A stretch of DNA of 63,099 nt, the filler included, from Folioceros fuciformis (lineage: Eukaryota): NCBI GenBank assembly GCA_049999805.1. It is 6 parts of 6 records of this genome, joined end to end, with 100 filler letters (N's around TTAATTAATTAA, not from the genome) between each part and the next. Parts side by side here need not be neighbours in the genome. Positions count along the whole stretch, not along the records: positions 1 to 24,450 come from JBNGIO010006479.1; positions 24,551 to 35,380 come from JBNGIO010006482.1; 4 more parts are not named here. One strand, given 5' to 3'. Shown one piece after another: positions 11,383 through 24,684 of this stretch. Below the pieces are notes generated by a model that was given only the letters and a program-made list of their open reading frames with translations, did no database searches and had not been told where the DNA came from. Position 1 is the first letter of the stretch. Every line of letters starts with the position of its first letter. The translations under genes were made by a program, and so were the position numbers.

Positions 11383-12290
11383 GGGCCGGTTTCCACGTGG
11401 CCAGGGCCGGTTACGAAAAGCCCGGGCATTGCCACAGGACCGGTGTTTCCATATCACTTGTGACCATGCGCGGTTTGAGATTTGACCACCCACATATTTA
11501 GGTTATAGAATGCGTATTACCTGGTTTGAGACTTGACCACGGTATCTTTAGGTTATAGAATACGCATGACCTGCAATATCCGGGAAGGGCAATAACAATG
11601 TTTGTACCCAATATCGTAGACTATTTCGAAGTTAGCCAATCGCGTGGGAAGTGTCAAAGGCGCACACTAAGTGTCAAAGGTGGGTGGCAAGTGCAGATGG
11701 CCCAAGAGAATTGATTCACTTTTCAGTGCGTGAGAAGGCGTTTCTTGCAGGAAGTGCTAAAGGTACGAGAGAAGTGCTTGGATAGAGGCATCAAATCATG
11801 TTGAACGCAAATTCTGGGATGAGTCCACCCCGAGTTCAGTTCTCTAGGTCTTTGGAGTTTCTCTCAGACTTCCATGCTCAAGATGTGGAGGAGGTGCCGT
11901 GCAGTATTGCATCCCAACCTCCCCAAGTTTCATTCCAATTGGAGGAGCCCACCAAAAAAAAAGAGTGCATTGGACAAAAGCCAAGATCTTGGTTTTGCAA
12001 GCTGAACGTAGAGACGACGTGCAAAGGTTGTTGGTTGGTGGAAACAAAGAAAAGCATAGACCCAGCACAAAGAGGTGGGCCAAGATTGCCTCAACCATGC
12101 AAAAACGGAATATCATGCGCACAGCAAAGTAGTTTCAAGACAAGTGGGAGGTCATACACAGTGATTGGAAAAAGATCTTTGATCACTGAACCCCACCTAG
12201 GCTCTGGCAAGAGCTCGTACTAGGATTTGACTATCCATGAAAAAAAATTGAAGAAATAAGACATTACCATGAGCGAGGATCTCCCCTGGA
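11383..12290 (+). mobile_element. PIF/Harbinger-like remnant: TIR-like end plus degenerate Myb/SANT (trihelix) ORF
   Basis: TAA|GGGCCGGTTTCC at 11380-11394. HWTKAKILVL..KRWAKIASTMQKRNIMRTAK*FQDKWEVIHSDWKKIFD at ~11968-12183. No transposase or second TIR found. Confidence 0.55.
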
Positions 12291-12559
12291 ATCGGACAAC
12301 GCAGATACTTTGCAGCATATTTTGCATACTTTGCAACTAGATGCACTTACAGACAAAATTGATCGTTTTCACAACCTGGACGGTGCATCAATTGATCGAG
12401 GATGTCGCTGCAAGGCTTTGTGATGCGTGCTCAGCCCGGGGCTAGACCTTCGTAGCCTGCACAGGAGATCAGGTGTGAGAGATCTCAAGAGTCACCTCTC
12501 CTCAAGAAGCAAGGGCGCTTCGGCGTAAAGGAAGACACCTGGAGTTGCTCGCGCCTCTC

Positions 12560-15500
12560 TGACTGGCGCGACTCTAGGCAGTGGCATCTTTCGCGCCCCT
12601 CCATCTCCTCTCACCAACCGGTGCACCTATTCCGATTGAAATTGCCCCGGATGCTGGCGGACTCAAATCTCTAGGAGGGTCTTCCAAGCTTGTTGACCTC
12701 TTCGCAGACAGAATTGCTGCTAGCGCCTCTTCATGGAGGAGAACACGGATCCTCTTCCAGACTCTGTCACCAATCATGGTGTTGCTGGGGTCCTCTTTGG
12801 TGGACTAGCGGCATCAGAGGCTTCCTCTTCCCCCGCTTTCTCCCTGTTTGATGAGCTTGCAAGCTTTGCAGGCTCTACAGGGACACAGCCTCCCACGCGA
12901 CCACCTTCAATCGAAGCCGCTGCATCCATCTCACGAGGGATTGGAGCCGCTGCTTCCACTTCCACCTCTGCGCCAGGCGCAGGGCCTTCCAATCCTCTGC
13001 CAACTCAAGGAGTTGGGCTTGGGAATCCTCTGCCTGGACAAGGAGTAGGATTCGCCAACCCTCTGCCTTCTTTTAGAGCCAGATTAGGGAACCCCTATGC
13101 TGGATATGGAGGCAGACTTGGAGCGGTCACTTGGTTCCCCCATGACCGAAGTTGATGCAGTCGCACAGCTGTTGACCAGCCTGCCCAATAGTTACCAGCC
13201 TTTTGTCTCGAGTTATGGAGCATCATTAAGACATGCTGCCAAGGCTATGGCTACTGGACAACCCGTACTGATCAGTTTCACAGACGTTATTGGGGCTTTG
13301 TTTCAGGAAGAGCAGACACGTATAGGCTCTCATTCCAACTCTGGCCGAACTAAAATGGACAAGGTGCTTTACAACTCTAAGTCACGGCCTCCCCACACAA
13401 ACAATAAACACAAGACTAGAAACTCATATGCAGCTGGCCCTTCGAAAGACTCGAAACCAGGTCAAATCAAACGCACTGGCTCCTGCAACTGGTGTAGATC
13501 TGCTGGTCATTGGGAGAAAGAATGCTGTAAAAAGAAATTTGGAGACCCTAAACGAGCTGATCAATCCCAAAAGGGGGCTGCAGCTCATGCCGTTTCCAAG
13601 GCCAGGCCATCTTCAGGCCAAACTTCCGGTAAGCAGCCGGTGGTAATGACAACTTGCTTGTCTACTTCCTCCAAGGTAGATAACTCCTAGTACTTGGACT
13701 CCGGAGCAACGACGCATATTTGCCACAATCGAAGCTTGATGAGCAACTTTGTTCCTCTTCATACCTCTGAGAGGGTGCTGCTAGGTGATGAGCTCATCCG
13801 TTCAGGTCTGAAGATTTTGGGCAACGGTTCCTGTTACTTTCAAAACTCCAATGGCCGGTGTTTCCAACTTGACGAGGTCCTTTATGTCCCTGACATGGCT
13901 AAGCTTTTGCTATCTGTTAGTCAGCTTTTACGGTTAAGTGCCTACACACTCACCTTTACCCCCACTGGCTGTAGCATTTTTCAGACAGGTTCTGTTAAGT
14001 CGCTAGTTGCCAAAGGCCTCTTAGAGAATGACCTTTATCATCTTGGCATGCAATGCGTCCCTACCCGCAGCATTCACCTGGTTGCTAAGTCCCAGCGAGT
14101 TTTAGCACAGCTTTGGCATGCCAGATTAGGTCATGCCAACCAGGACAAGCTGATCCGTATGTCTATCCTCGATTGCTATAGGAAGCCCTTAGCTAAGTGT
14201 TTCAAAGAGCTACCTACCTACACTTCCTGTATTGTCGCTAAGCAAAAAGAACTTCCTTTTCCCTCTACCCCTGCATATCGAACTTCCACGCTTTTAGAAC
14301 TTGTCCACTCTAACATTTCTGGGAAGATCCATGTGGCATCACTCGGAAGTTCTCTTTATTATCTGACCATCACCGACGATTACAGCTGGTACTCTTGGAC
14401 ATTCCCCATGAAACGGAAATCGGATACCTTTCAATATTTCCAAGAATGGCTGGTCATGATTCAGCGCCAAACAGGTTGCCTTCTTCGCTGCCTCCAGTCT
14501 AACAATGGGACTGAATTTGTGAATTCACCTTTCAATGAATATCTGGTAGCACAGGGTATTACTCGTCAGCTCAGCATTCCATACACTTAGGAACAGAACG
14601 GCATCGCTGAGCGTAGGAATCAGGCCTTACTTAATATGACGAGGAGCATGCTTGCCTGGTCTAGATTGAGCAAGGCATAGTGGGCAAAAGCGATTGTCAC
14701 CGCTACTTATATTTTAAACAGACTCCTTACCTCTACTATGCCTGATCGTACGCCCTTTGAAGTCATGTGGAAACGCAAACCTAGCCTTCTTCACCTTTGG
14801 GTTTTCGGGTCCCCGGCTTATGCTCTCATTCATGCTGCCCAACGCAGGAAACTAGATGATAGGACCCGTCCCCTTATTTTTGTCGAGTATGGCAAAGAAT
14901 CTAAGGCCTATAAACTCTATGACCCGCTTACTCGCAATCTGGTTTTTGCCCGCAGCGTTAGCTGTCGGGAGCTCGTTAACTCTGCCCCTTCCTCTGACGG
15001 GCTTGCTCCTGAGTCCTCTTTCGACCAGCCTGAGTTTGATTCTTATCCCTCTGAGTATCCCCAGGACGCTTCCTATGAACTATCCCCTGCCCTTTTTCCT
15101 GTGGCAGTTGGCAGTTCAGGGGGTGGAATTACTCAGCAGCCTGGAATTGCAATACAGTCTGGACAACCATCTGGATTTCAAGCTCCATCACCTGCCCATA
15201 CTATTGACTCACAGTCACAGCCAACCTCAGCTCGACATCAGTTAGTTGTTCAGCCAGTTGCACACTTACCTGTAGAACAGATTAGTGATGCTACACCTGG
15301 TGTAGATGAGACAGATGATGCAACTTCTCAAGCTGATATACCAACAGCTGATCCTGCAGTGGATGATTTTGAGCACGTTCAGCATTTAGATTTCAGAGAT
15401 CAATCCCTCTCACCTATTTATGAACATGAGCAGGCTGCTGAATAGGTTCTCACTTATCTGGAGCCTGAACCAGCTGTGACTGCATCTCCTGTTCTCGAAC

Positions 15501-17855
15501 CTGTTGTGGAAGCACGAAGATACCCCATCAGGTTGCGTCCTCCACTAGATCAATGGAGTGAACGACCTTATCAACCTGAAGATTTTTGGTAGCCTCGTTC
15601 AGCTCGACTCTGTGAGGCCTTCTCCACCAGCACTGTTCACCCTGCTGAACCACGCTCATATAAGGAGGCTATAAACGGCAAGGACAAGCATCACTGGATC
15701 CCTTCCATTCAAGATGAATACTATTCCCTCATGAAGAATGAAACATGGGAACTGTGTCCTTTACCTGCTAGACGCAAAGCTGTGAGCTGTAAATGGATCT
15801 TCAAACATAAGCTGAATGCACAAGGAGAGATTGCTAGGTACAAGAGTCGTCTTGTAGCCCGAGGTTTTTCTCAAGTGGTTGGAGTGGACTTCCATGAAAC
15901 TTTCAGCCCTGTTGTGAAAACGCAATCGATCCGCATGATGCTGGCCCTGGCTGCAGCAAGGGACTGGGACTTGGAACAAATGAATGTTTCAACGGCTTTC
16001 CTCTACGGGGATCTCGAGGAAGACATGTACATGGAACAGCCTAAAAGCTTTGTGGACCCTGAGCATCCTACTTGGGTCTGCAAGCTTAAGAAGACGTTGT
16101 ACGGCCTCAAATAGAGTGCATGAGAATGGTACAAGTGAATTGACAAATACTTGAAATCTATTGGGTTCATCCAAAACCCTGCAGATGCAAACGTCTACGT
16201 CTACAACAAAGGAGGATACATGGTTATCTTGGCTCTTTATGTCGATGACGCGATCTTTGCATCAAACAATTAGGAGTTGTTAGACTGGGTAAAAGGGATG
16301 CTCCACAAGCGCTATGACATGAAGGATATCGGTTCTCTTACCTTTGTTTTAGGTGTGCAGCTCATCCGTGACATGACTAATCATACTCTCATCCTGCACC
16401 AGACCAAGTACATTGGTGAGACTCTCCAAAGACTTAATCTGCAGGATGCAAAGTCAGTAAGCACTCTCGGCAGCGTTGGTTTGAAACTTACCTCTATGCA
16501 GAGCCCTCAAGATGAGGTTGATCGTGAGCTTATGAGCATGGTGCCCTATAGGCACGCTGTTGGGTGCCTCAACTACATTAGTTGTTGGACACGGTCAGAC
16601 ATTCAGCACTCGATCAGTGCTGTTTCACAATTCCTTGAAGATCCAGGCCATACTCACTGGGTTGCAGTCAAAAGAATTGTGCGTTACCTTAAGAGTACTT
16701 CCACACTTGGACTCTGCTTCCGAGGCACAAATGAGACTGTTAGCTTGCAGGGTTATTGTGATGCGGACTGGGCGACAGATTCAGATCAAAGATGCAGCAT
16801 CTCTGCTTATTGCTTCCTCCTGTCTGGAGCAGCTATCAACTGGAGCTCAAAGAAACAGGTCTTAGTAGCACTCTCCTCAATGGAAGCGGAATATAAAGCA
16901 CTAACAGATTTAGCAAAAGAGGCCGAGTGGGAACGCACTTTCCTTGCTGGCTTAAACTTTCCATAGAAGATCCCTACCACCATCTATTGTGACAACATGT
17001 CCACTATTGCCCTGGTTGGGAATCCCCGCTTCCATGCATGCACGAAGCACATAGAAATCCACCATCACTTTGTGAGGCACTCAGTGCAGTGGAAGGTGGT
17101 TAGCATTGAGCATATCCCTACAGAGCTAAATATGGCAGACGTCCTCACAAAAAGTCTACCTACGCTCAAGCACGATTTTCATACAGAAGCCTTGGGCTTG
17201 GTAGCCTACAACTCCTACCTGCCCAGCTCTTCTCTACAGTGTTAGCGTGGAGTGATATTTGGACTGTCTGGCCGGATGAAGCTCGACTGCTCTATCTAAT
17301 CAGCCGGAATTACTTGTCCTCTAGCAAGGGCAGCTTTGCAGCTGCAACCAAGTGTGCCAGCCATTTTCGCACCTTCGTGTCCTTGTCTTTAGTTGCGTTT
17401 AACGCCTATCTCCTAACCAATGTCGTGGTTAAGGGGGTGTGTTAAGATAGTCCCCGTAGGATTATGTTTATATAACGAGCGATCATGGTTAGTGTGGAGT
17501 GATTTCTTGCACCCAAGAACCACCAAACGGCCACACATCCCCTTATTATCGTTGCAGTACTATGATTCGCTCCCAAGGGAGTGAACTAGTGTCAAGGTTT
17601 TCTACAACCTTCCCACACTGCCCTAATCTAACCCTATTTATCAGCCGGCTCCTAGCCCTAGCCTCACTACAGCAAAAAAGATCAGAATCCTTAGCCCTGT
17701 CTTCAACGCCAACCACAACTCCAGCTGAATGAGAACTCCAGCATCATCTTTAGCTCCCACTTACAGCTCCAAGTATCAGCCACCTCAGCAATTGAGAGGA
17801 GGTCCCAGCCCTAGCCTTGGCCTCCACTCTCAGCCCTAAATGCTAGCCACCTCAG
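12560..17855 (+). mobile_element. Ty1/Copia LTR retrotransposon (Copia-1), degenerate, 5' truncated
   Basis: Gag knuckle CNWCRSAGHWEKEC, protease LDSGAT, LWHARLGH, integrase QNGIAERRNQ, RT LYVDD, RNase H CDADWA..EAEY..ADVLTK. Many stops. PPT aagggggtg then LTR start TGTTAAG at 17439. No PBS seen; both boundaries are approximate. Confidence 0.9.
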
Positions 17856-18106
17856 TATCGCATTATGGCAACATAGGAGATAGGCAAAAAACTAGAGATC
17901 ATACGCATGCTAGCAGAAAGACAAGATTAAATTAGCTCACACGAGCAGCGCGATACATAAGGGTCAGCGGACACATCCAGGTCTAGGGACGTGTCCCTTG
18001 ACTCAACCGTCATTACCCGGCAGCGGTTGGTCCTGGTGGCGGTTAGGTTTAGGTTATGATATGCGGCTACTTAATGCCTAAGGCCCAAACACTTAGGCCC
18101 TCGACA
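17856..18106 (-). repeat. 3' LTR of Copia-2 (251 bp; 5'-TGTCG...CGATA-3')
   Basis: Abuts the PPT (ctccctctt at 18107-18115 on +). Its other end is defined by identity with the PBS-adjacent sequence at 24380. Confidence 0.85.
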
Positions 18107-21100
18107 CTCCCTCTTAGACGCATGTTTTCTAACCTAATTTCGCACCGACTTTGATTACTACCTACGACGGCTTGCACGCGATGTTGCTCTCGTTCTGTGG
18201 TGGCTGGAAGCCGACTGCCGTTGGCCCTCCAGACTAGTATCGAGACCAGGACACGTCTGAGCTGATGCTGAAGGTGAGCTCGTTCACATTACTGTGAGTG
18301 GTTCTCCTTTCTCCATTGTCTGGAATGTTAGCAAGATCCGCTTCTGTGGCTTGATACAAAGTGCCTGTAATTTGCAGTTACGGAATTGCAGGTCTTCCAG
18401 ATGGCAGGGTACTTGCGGGAATGCACCTACATGACTTTTGACAGCGACTTTGGGTGTGAATGCTCTCTGTGGAAACCCGACTCTAGACCTATCACCTTAA
18501 TGAATTGGTCAGAATCAGACTATGACACGGACTGACCTAACTTGGCTTTAGAGCATGTGCCAGGAGCGGTGTGGTGTCTATCATCCCTAGGCTCTGGACA
18601 TGAGACTCATGCCGTTCTCAGCTTAATGGTTTTGTAAGCAGGTTTGGATAATTTGCATCTGTGGGCACGTAGATAAGTGCAACCTCTCTACGTGTAACAG
18701 ACTGTCTAACATAATGAAGATGCAGATCTATGTGCTTTGTACGTGCGTGGTAAACAGGATTACTGGCCAGAAGTAGTGCCGACTGGTTGTCGCAGTACAC
18801 TGGCATTGGTTCAGTCTGATCTTGAGAAATATCAGCCAGGAGCCTGCGATTGGCGACAACCTCCTTGCAGCTCTCTGCAGCTGCTCCGTACTCAGCTTCT
18901 GTTGTGGAGGTGCTGACGAAGGTCTGCTTCTTCGACTGCCAGGAAACTGCCACTCCAGCAAGAGTGAAACAGTAAGCAGACACTGACCTTCGTGTGTTTG
19001 GATCACCTCCCCAGTCAGCATCTGTGTAGCCTTGCAGAAACAGAGTCTTGACTATTGGATCTTTGCGATATCAAAGTCCATAGTTTCTGGTACCCTTAAG
19101 ATACCTCATGACTCGTTTTCCTGCTGTCCAGTGAGTGCTGCTAGGGTCTTCAACAAACTGAGCAAGGATGCCGCAGGGTTGGCTCAGGTCGAACCTCGTT
19201 TTGGTTGACATGTACACGGCAAACCCCACAAATTTTCTGTAGGGAACTGCCAGCATGGTGGCTCTCTCTTCCTCAGTTTTGGGATAGTCCAGGTTGGACA
19301 GTCGAGTCCCAGTGGCCATTGGTGTATTGACTGGCTTTGCATCTTCCATGTTGAATGTTCTGAGCATCAAGTCTACATAGTGTGCTTGATGCAGTAGCAC
19401 ACATTGTTCCTCTAGAACTAACAGCACTTGCACTCCCAAGAAGAATCGGATGACTCCAAGATCTGTCATTTCAAAGTGTTTGCGCAGCAGACTTTTGACC
19501 TTTGGCAGCAGAGTTCCAGGGCTATTGCTTATCAGCAGAGCATCATCAACATAGAGTGCTATGATGACGAACATCTCCCCATCAGTGCAAAGGTAAACGT
19601 TTGAGTCTGCATCACTTTCTTTGAATCCTAACGACTTGAGGAATGTGCTAAACTTCTGGAACCATGCCCTTGGGGCCTGCTTAAGGCCGTATATCGTCTT
19701 TATGAGCTTGCAGACATAGCTAGGGTGTTTCTTATCTACATGACCCTCAGGTTGCTGCATATACACGTCCTCCTCTAATTCCCCGTGCAGGAAGGCTGTC
19801 TTTACGTCCATATGATGGACTGTGAGATCATTTTGAGCTACGAATGCTGGGAGGACACGGACTGAGGTAAACCTAACAACTGGCGAGAATGTATCATGGT
19901 AATCTAGGCCTGGTCTTTGTGTAAAACCACGAGCCACTAACTTGGCCTTGTACCTTGCAGTTGAGCCATCAGGGTTGAGCTTGGTCTTAAAGACCCATTT
20001 GCAGGTAACCGCCTTTCTCCCTGGTGGCAGTGGTTCAAGCTTCCAGGTGCCATTTTGGATCAGGCTATCATATTCGGATTTAATGGCGGCCTTCTAGTCA
20101 GCTCCATGTGGGCCAGTCAAGGCTTCGATCATGGTAAGTGGATCCCCAGCCTGTTCAACAGCAGATAATGCCTCAGCAAGCAGAGCTTGGGCTCCCTCTC
20201 CAATAGTCGGACCCTCATTCTCACCAGCTCCCTCTGCAGGTTCATTATCTCCAGCACCAGCACCAGCTCCCTCTGCCTCCCCCTCAACATGAACAGTGCC
20301 GAACTGAAAGGTTGGATCAGGGACCTGTGCTCCACGACGTGCTCCACGACGAGAAGGCCGCAAAGTGTTGCTGGGAGGACTGTACGGAGGTACAGACCAG
20401 TTGGCCCCAGATTGGTGAGCTCGTGTAGAGCGGCGAGAGGTAGTTGGAGGCTGCTGCACTAGTACAGGCGGTTCATCATCATCACTAGAAAGTGTCACGA
20501 CGTCGGGGCCATCCACAGTGTCATCATGGTCAGGTTCCGATGAAGGGTTGGACTAAAAATGGCTGACATCGCCAGCTGGGGGCTCTTGTTCACCCGGATC
20601 TGAGGACTCGGAATCAGACTGACTTGCACTAACGGGCACAAAAGCTTCACCATCAGGCTGACCACGAGGGCTGTGAAGAGGTGAGGCACCAGGTGTGCTG
20701 CCACTATCCTCCTCACTGCCTTCTTCAGAAATTGCAGTGTCTGACCCAGTACTCACAGATTCAACTTCTGAAACATGGTGTGTAGGGATGGAGGTCCTGT
20801 TGTGACATCTTCATCGAAGACCACACTTCGAACATAGATTAACTGGTGAGTCTCAGGATTAAAAAGTTTGTAGCCTTTGATGCCCTCCGTGTACCCCACA
20901 AAGATGCACTTAGTGGCATTTGGCTGCATCTTTCTCCTTTTCTTTTTCGGGATGAAGGCATAAGCAGGGCTGCCAAAAACTCTCAAATGTGAAATCCTTG
21001 GCTTATGCCCTGTCCATCGCTCAAATGGCGTACTGCCTGGTACTGCCGTTGTTGGTGTTTGATTTTTGATGTAGACTGCAGCTGTGACTGCCTCAGCCCA

Positions 21101-21482
21101 ATACCCCAAGGAGAGGCCAGCCTGAGCAAGTGAGGCCTTGGCCTGCTCTTGGATGACGCCATTGTTGCGTTCAGCTACAGGGTTTTGCTGGGAGGTGTAG
21201 GAGACAGTCAACTGTCGAAGTATCCCAAGCTCCTTGTAGAGCTGTTTGAAGGCATTGGACCCGTACTCACCCCCACCATCTGTGCGAAGTGTTTTGAGTA
21301 GGTGTGAAGTCTGATGCTGTGTAGTTGCAAGGTAATCCTTGAAGGACTCTAATGTCTGAGACTTCTTAGCCAAACAGTAGACAACTGTAAACCTGCTCCA
21401 GTCGTCTATAAAAGAAAGGAAATATTTTGCTCTTCCAAAAGACAACTTGGACATGGGTCCACACAAGTCAGAATGTACTAAC

Positions 21483-21894
21483 TGTTAAGCATGATTAATG
21501 TTGATATTAATTAGTGCTAATCCAGCTTATTGAGTTTGTACTAATTAGTGGTAAGAGTGATTAAGGTTATGATTAATATATATATATATATATATAGCTT
21601 ATTAGACTTTGCTATGTTAGGCAAAAGAAGTATTGTAGGGTTTGGTTGGGGTCATTTATCCCATATTGGGCACAAAATGAGAGTGCCACCCATAGGTCCA
21701 TAAAAGAAGGGATGAACCCACTTAGTATATGCAGTCTAACTCCCTCTTCACTTGTATTGTGTTGTTTTTGTAATTCTCCTTTTTATTTGAGTTTAAGAGC
21801 CTTGTTATAGTGCTCTTAGTTTTGGGATTCTGCATCTTGCTTCAACTAACTTGTTTTAACCTCCTTTGAGCATGGCGGGGGTGACATCTCAACA
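21483..21894. mobile_element. Solo LTR (412 bp, TGTT...AACA) with 5-bp TSD, inserted in Copia-2 integrase
   Basis: CTAAC at 21478-21482 and 21895-21899. Splits the LELV|HSDLCGP motif. AT-rich, with a (TA)n tract. Confidence 0.92.
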
Positions 21895-23646
21895 CTAACT
21901 CCAGCAAAACCTTAGCTCTTGTATGGTTTTTGTCTAAGTGAGGTGACTTGTGATGCTTGCCATAAATGTAGGGCTCACAAAACAACTTGGGTTGAGGCTG
22001 AAGCTTGAGGGGTTCTCTGTACAGGTTTCCCTCAACAGCCTCCTTCATCCTACGCACATTGATATGGCCAAGTCTGTGATGCCATAGCCTGAATTGAGCA
22101 GAGTGATCAGCTTGTGTAAGGTGAGCAGCTCGATAGATCCTGGACGGTGTGCATTCCAACTTGTACAAATCATTGGAGGGATATGCTCTAGCCAGGATTG
22201 TTCCATCTTGTTCAATATGGCATTCATCAGGCTCCGACTCAAACAGCACCCGAACCCTTGGTAAGGTCACCTTCAATTTTGTGACAGATACTAGGTTCTT
22301 TACCATGCTAGGAACATGTAGAACATCAGCCAATGTGATTTCATGTCTAGATGGCAGACTTAGTGGGACTGAACTTGTCCCTAATATGGGTAGTTCACGG
22401 TTATCTCCCACCCGGATTGTCTGATCATTCAAAACAGGTTTGTACTCTGTAAATGCCTCATGTTGATTGCAGACGTGATGGGATGCCCCCGAGTCCATGA
22501 ACCAACATTTACGATCCTCGTTTGAAGATACTAGGCAGGTAGCAAGAATGGTGCCTGTTTTCTTAATGGCAGCTGTATGAGTCTCAGCACTGGAGGATCC
22601 GTCCCGTTTGGGCTCCCCTGTAGCCTTTTTCCGACATTCTTTCTCGAAGTGCCCCGGAATCTTGCACCAGTTGCAAGCTCCCTTCTTCTTGGAGCTGTAG
22701 GGTTTTGACTCTGAGGTACGTCTTCCCCCTTGCGTGCTATTTGACGAGCAGGGTCCTTTTCCTTTAGATGAATACAGCACCTTGCTTGAGTTGCCTGCAC
22801 CATCATGCCTACCATGTCTAGTTGCTTCTTCTTCTAGCAGTGCACCGATGACCTTTGTCAGGTTACCTCCACCAGCAGCCCGCATATTGTTATTCAGTGA
22901 GGAGACAAATGTACGGTAGCTGGAAGGTAGTGACATAAGAAGAGTTGTTGCAGCCTAGGTTTCGTCCAGCTTAGTGCCACATGCAGCAAGATGAGCTCGA
23001 AGTGCTCGGAACTTATTGAGGTGAGCCTCAATTGGCTCACTTTCCTTCATTTTGAGGTGCCAAAAGGCTCGTGTAGAGTTAACCATGGATGCAGAGTTCT
23101 TTGTCTGGAACGTCTGATCAAAGGTGGACCACATCTCAGCAGCTGTGTCCAGTCCTTGCACATGGTGCAACATATTTTTGTCAAGTCCTGCTACAAGGAT
23201 GCTCCGTGCTCGGCAGTCACCCTTGACCCAGGCCTCAATGTCCGCTGGTGGGGAACCTACTGGTGGCTTCACGTTCGTTCCCAAGACTATGTCCAGAAGA
23301 TCCTACTCCTCTAAGATGGTACGTAGACAGATTGTCCAGATCTCATACTCGCTCCCATTGAAGCGATCTCTATCCTTGAAGTCTACTTTGAAGTGTGTGA
23401 CACTTGTGTGTACAGGTGCTTGTGGTTGCGGACCACCACCACCGCCACCACTCCCTCCTCCCCCTCCTCCCCCCCCCCCGCCACCAGCTCCAGACATGCT
23501 TGGTCTTGCCTGAATCTTGGGTGTTGTCGGCAAGGGAATTCTGAGAAGCCTTGGTCTTTGTGGAGGTGTTTGGGGTCTGGATGAGGATGTTGACCCTCCT
23601 TCAGACGAGGATGGACTGGTGACCATAACCCATATGCATCTACTGG

Positions 23647-24225
23647 TCAAAATGTGACCCCATTCTCAGATGCAGGGGGTTCTGTTCTTCGTGGGCATAG
23701 GTTGAGAGAAGTGAGTGCAACAGCAAGGTCACGTACTTCTCTATCCAGCAAATCTAACTTGCAAGAGATTCGAACAAGAAGGTTGGTCGTATCTCTACCT
23801 CTATCTGTAGATATGCTTTCAGACCTATGCTGCAGTCTTGTATGAATTCTAGCCTGCCAATTTAGTGATTGCAGTTCTGCCAGCAATCGTGAATGAACGT
23901 GCCTAGTGTAATTCCGTGATCTGTGTGTATGTCTAGGACGACCTGCAGTGGGCAGGTTTGGGAAATGCGAGCTAATGTGATAGGAACCAGGCCCTTGATG
24001 GCTGTGATTGAGCGCACGATACAGATGGCTGCAGGCAACACCCGTATCCACTGCACACCGCCTGGGCTTGGCGCACCAATTAGGAAGTTTTCCACAAATT
24101 TTCCTCCAGCAAGAATTCCAGTTCGCAGCTGCCGATTGTAGTGCCCGGGATTGGACTGACTGGAACTCTGATTGCTTCCAGGCACGCTGATTCTGGCGTT
24201 GGGATCTTCGATCGCGTCGAGGCAT
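23647..24225 (-). CDS. Copia-2 accessory ORF-B (192 aa, MPR start, C-terminal heptad-like helix)
   Basis: Open frame between PBS and gag; its stop lies ~20 nt before the first in-frame gag ATG (~23626). Positionally equivalent to the ORFs at 46804-47502 and 52749-53390. Confidence 0.6.
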   Translation of the reverse strand: MPRRDRRSQRQNQRAWKQSEFQSVQSRALQSAAANWNSCWRKICGKLPNWCAKPRRCAVDTGVACSHLYRALNHSHQGPGSYHISSHFPNLPTAGRPRHTHRSRNYTRHVHSRLLAELQSLNWQARIHTRLQHRSESISTDRGRDTTNLLVRISCKLDLLDREVRDLAVALTSLNLCPRRTEPPASENGVTF

Positions 24226-24450
24226 GATGCAGGCCTCGAGAGGCGCTGCGATCTCTCCTAGATGCTAATGTCTTGACCTGCTCTTCTAAGATGAATGCTC
24301 ACGAGATTGTGCATTCTCCAAGAATCCATTCTCAAGCAAGATGCAGGCCAAGAAAAAGCGATTAATGGCTCTGATACCATATCGCATTATGGCAACATAG
24401 GAGTGTGAACCTCCAAAGTTTGGGGTAGTAGTTTGTTTTGGTTGAAAAAG

Positions 24451-24550
24451 NNNNNNNNNNNNNNNNNNNNNNNNNNNNNNNNNNNNNNNNNNNNTTAATT
24501 AATTAANNNNNNNNNNNNNNNNNNNNNNNNNNNNNNNNNNNNNNNNNNNN
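24451..24550. other. Artificial scaffold spacer (also 35381-35480, 41608-41707, 47761-47860, 61555-61654; plain N gap 62747-62846)
   Basis: 100-nt blocks of N with a central TTAATTAATTAA six-frame stop linker. Confidence 0.98.
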
Positions 24551-24684
24551 GAAGCTCGTAGCCACACTACTCAACCGCATCGCATTGCATAGCTCACTCC
24601 TTGCTGCGCATTGCACTCCGAGTCTCTCGTCTCTCCCGCATCGTTGAGGGACGTGCTTTGAGGAATCACCCAGCAGCTGCCAGA

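Larger units (their letters stand above)
17856..24403 (-). mobile_element. Ty1/Copia LTR retrotransposon (Copia-2) with extra ORF upstream of gag
   Basis: tRNA-iMet PBS at 24379-24367. Gag FKDRDRF..CNWCKIPGHFEKEC, protease MDSGAS, integrase QNPVAERNN, RT YVDD, RNase H EAEY. PPT aagagggag. 24380-24403 matches the first 24 bp of the LTR at 17856; identity stops there, shortly before an assembly gap. Confidence 0.93.

Noticed and set aside
23430-23490. Poly-Gly/poly-Pro C-rich tract
   Set aside because: Low-complexity linker at the Copia-2 gag N-terminus, not a separate feature.
24495-24506. Recurrent palindrome TTAATTAATTAA (five times)
   Set aside because: Always centred in 100-nt N blocks, so it is an artificial scaffolding linker. 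Adjacency across these gaps is unproven.
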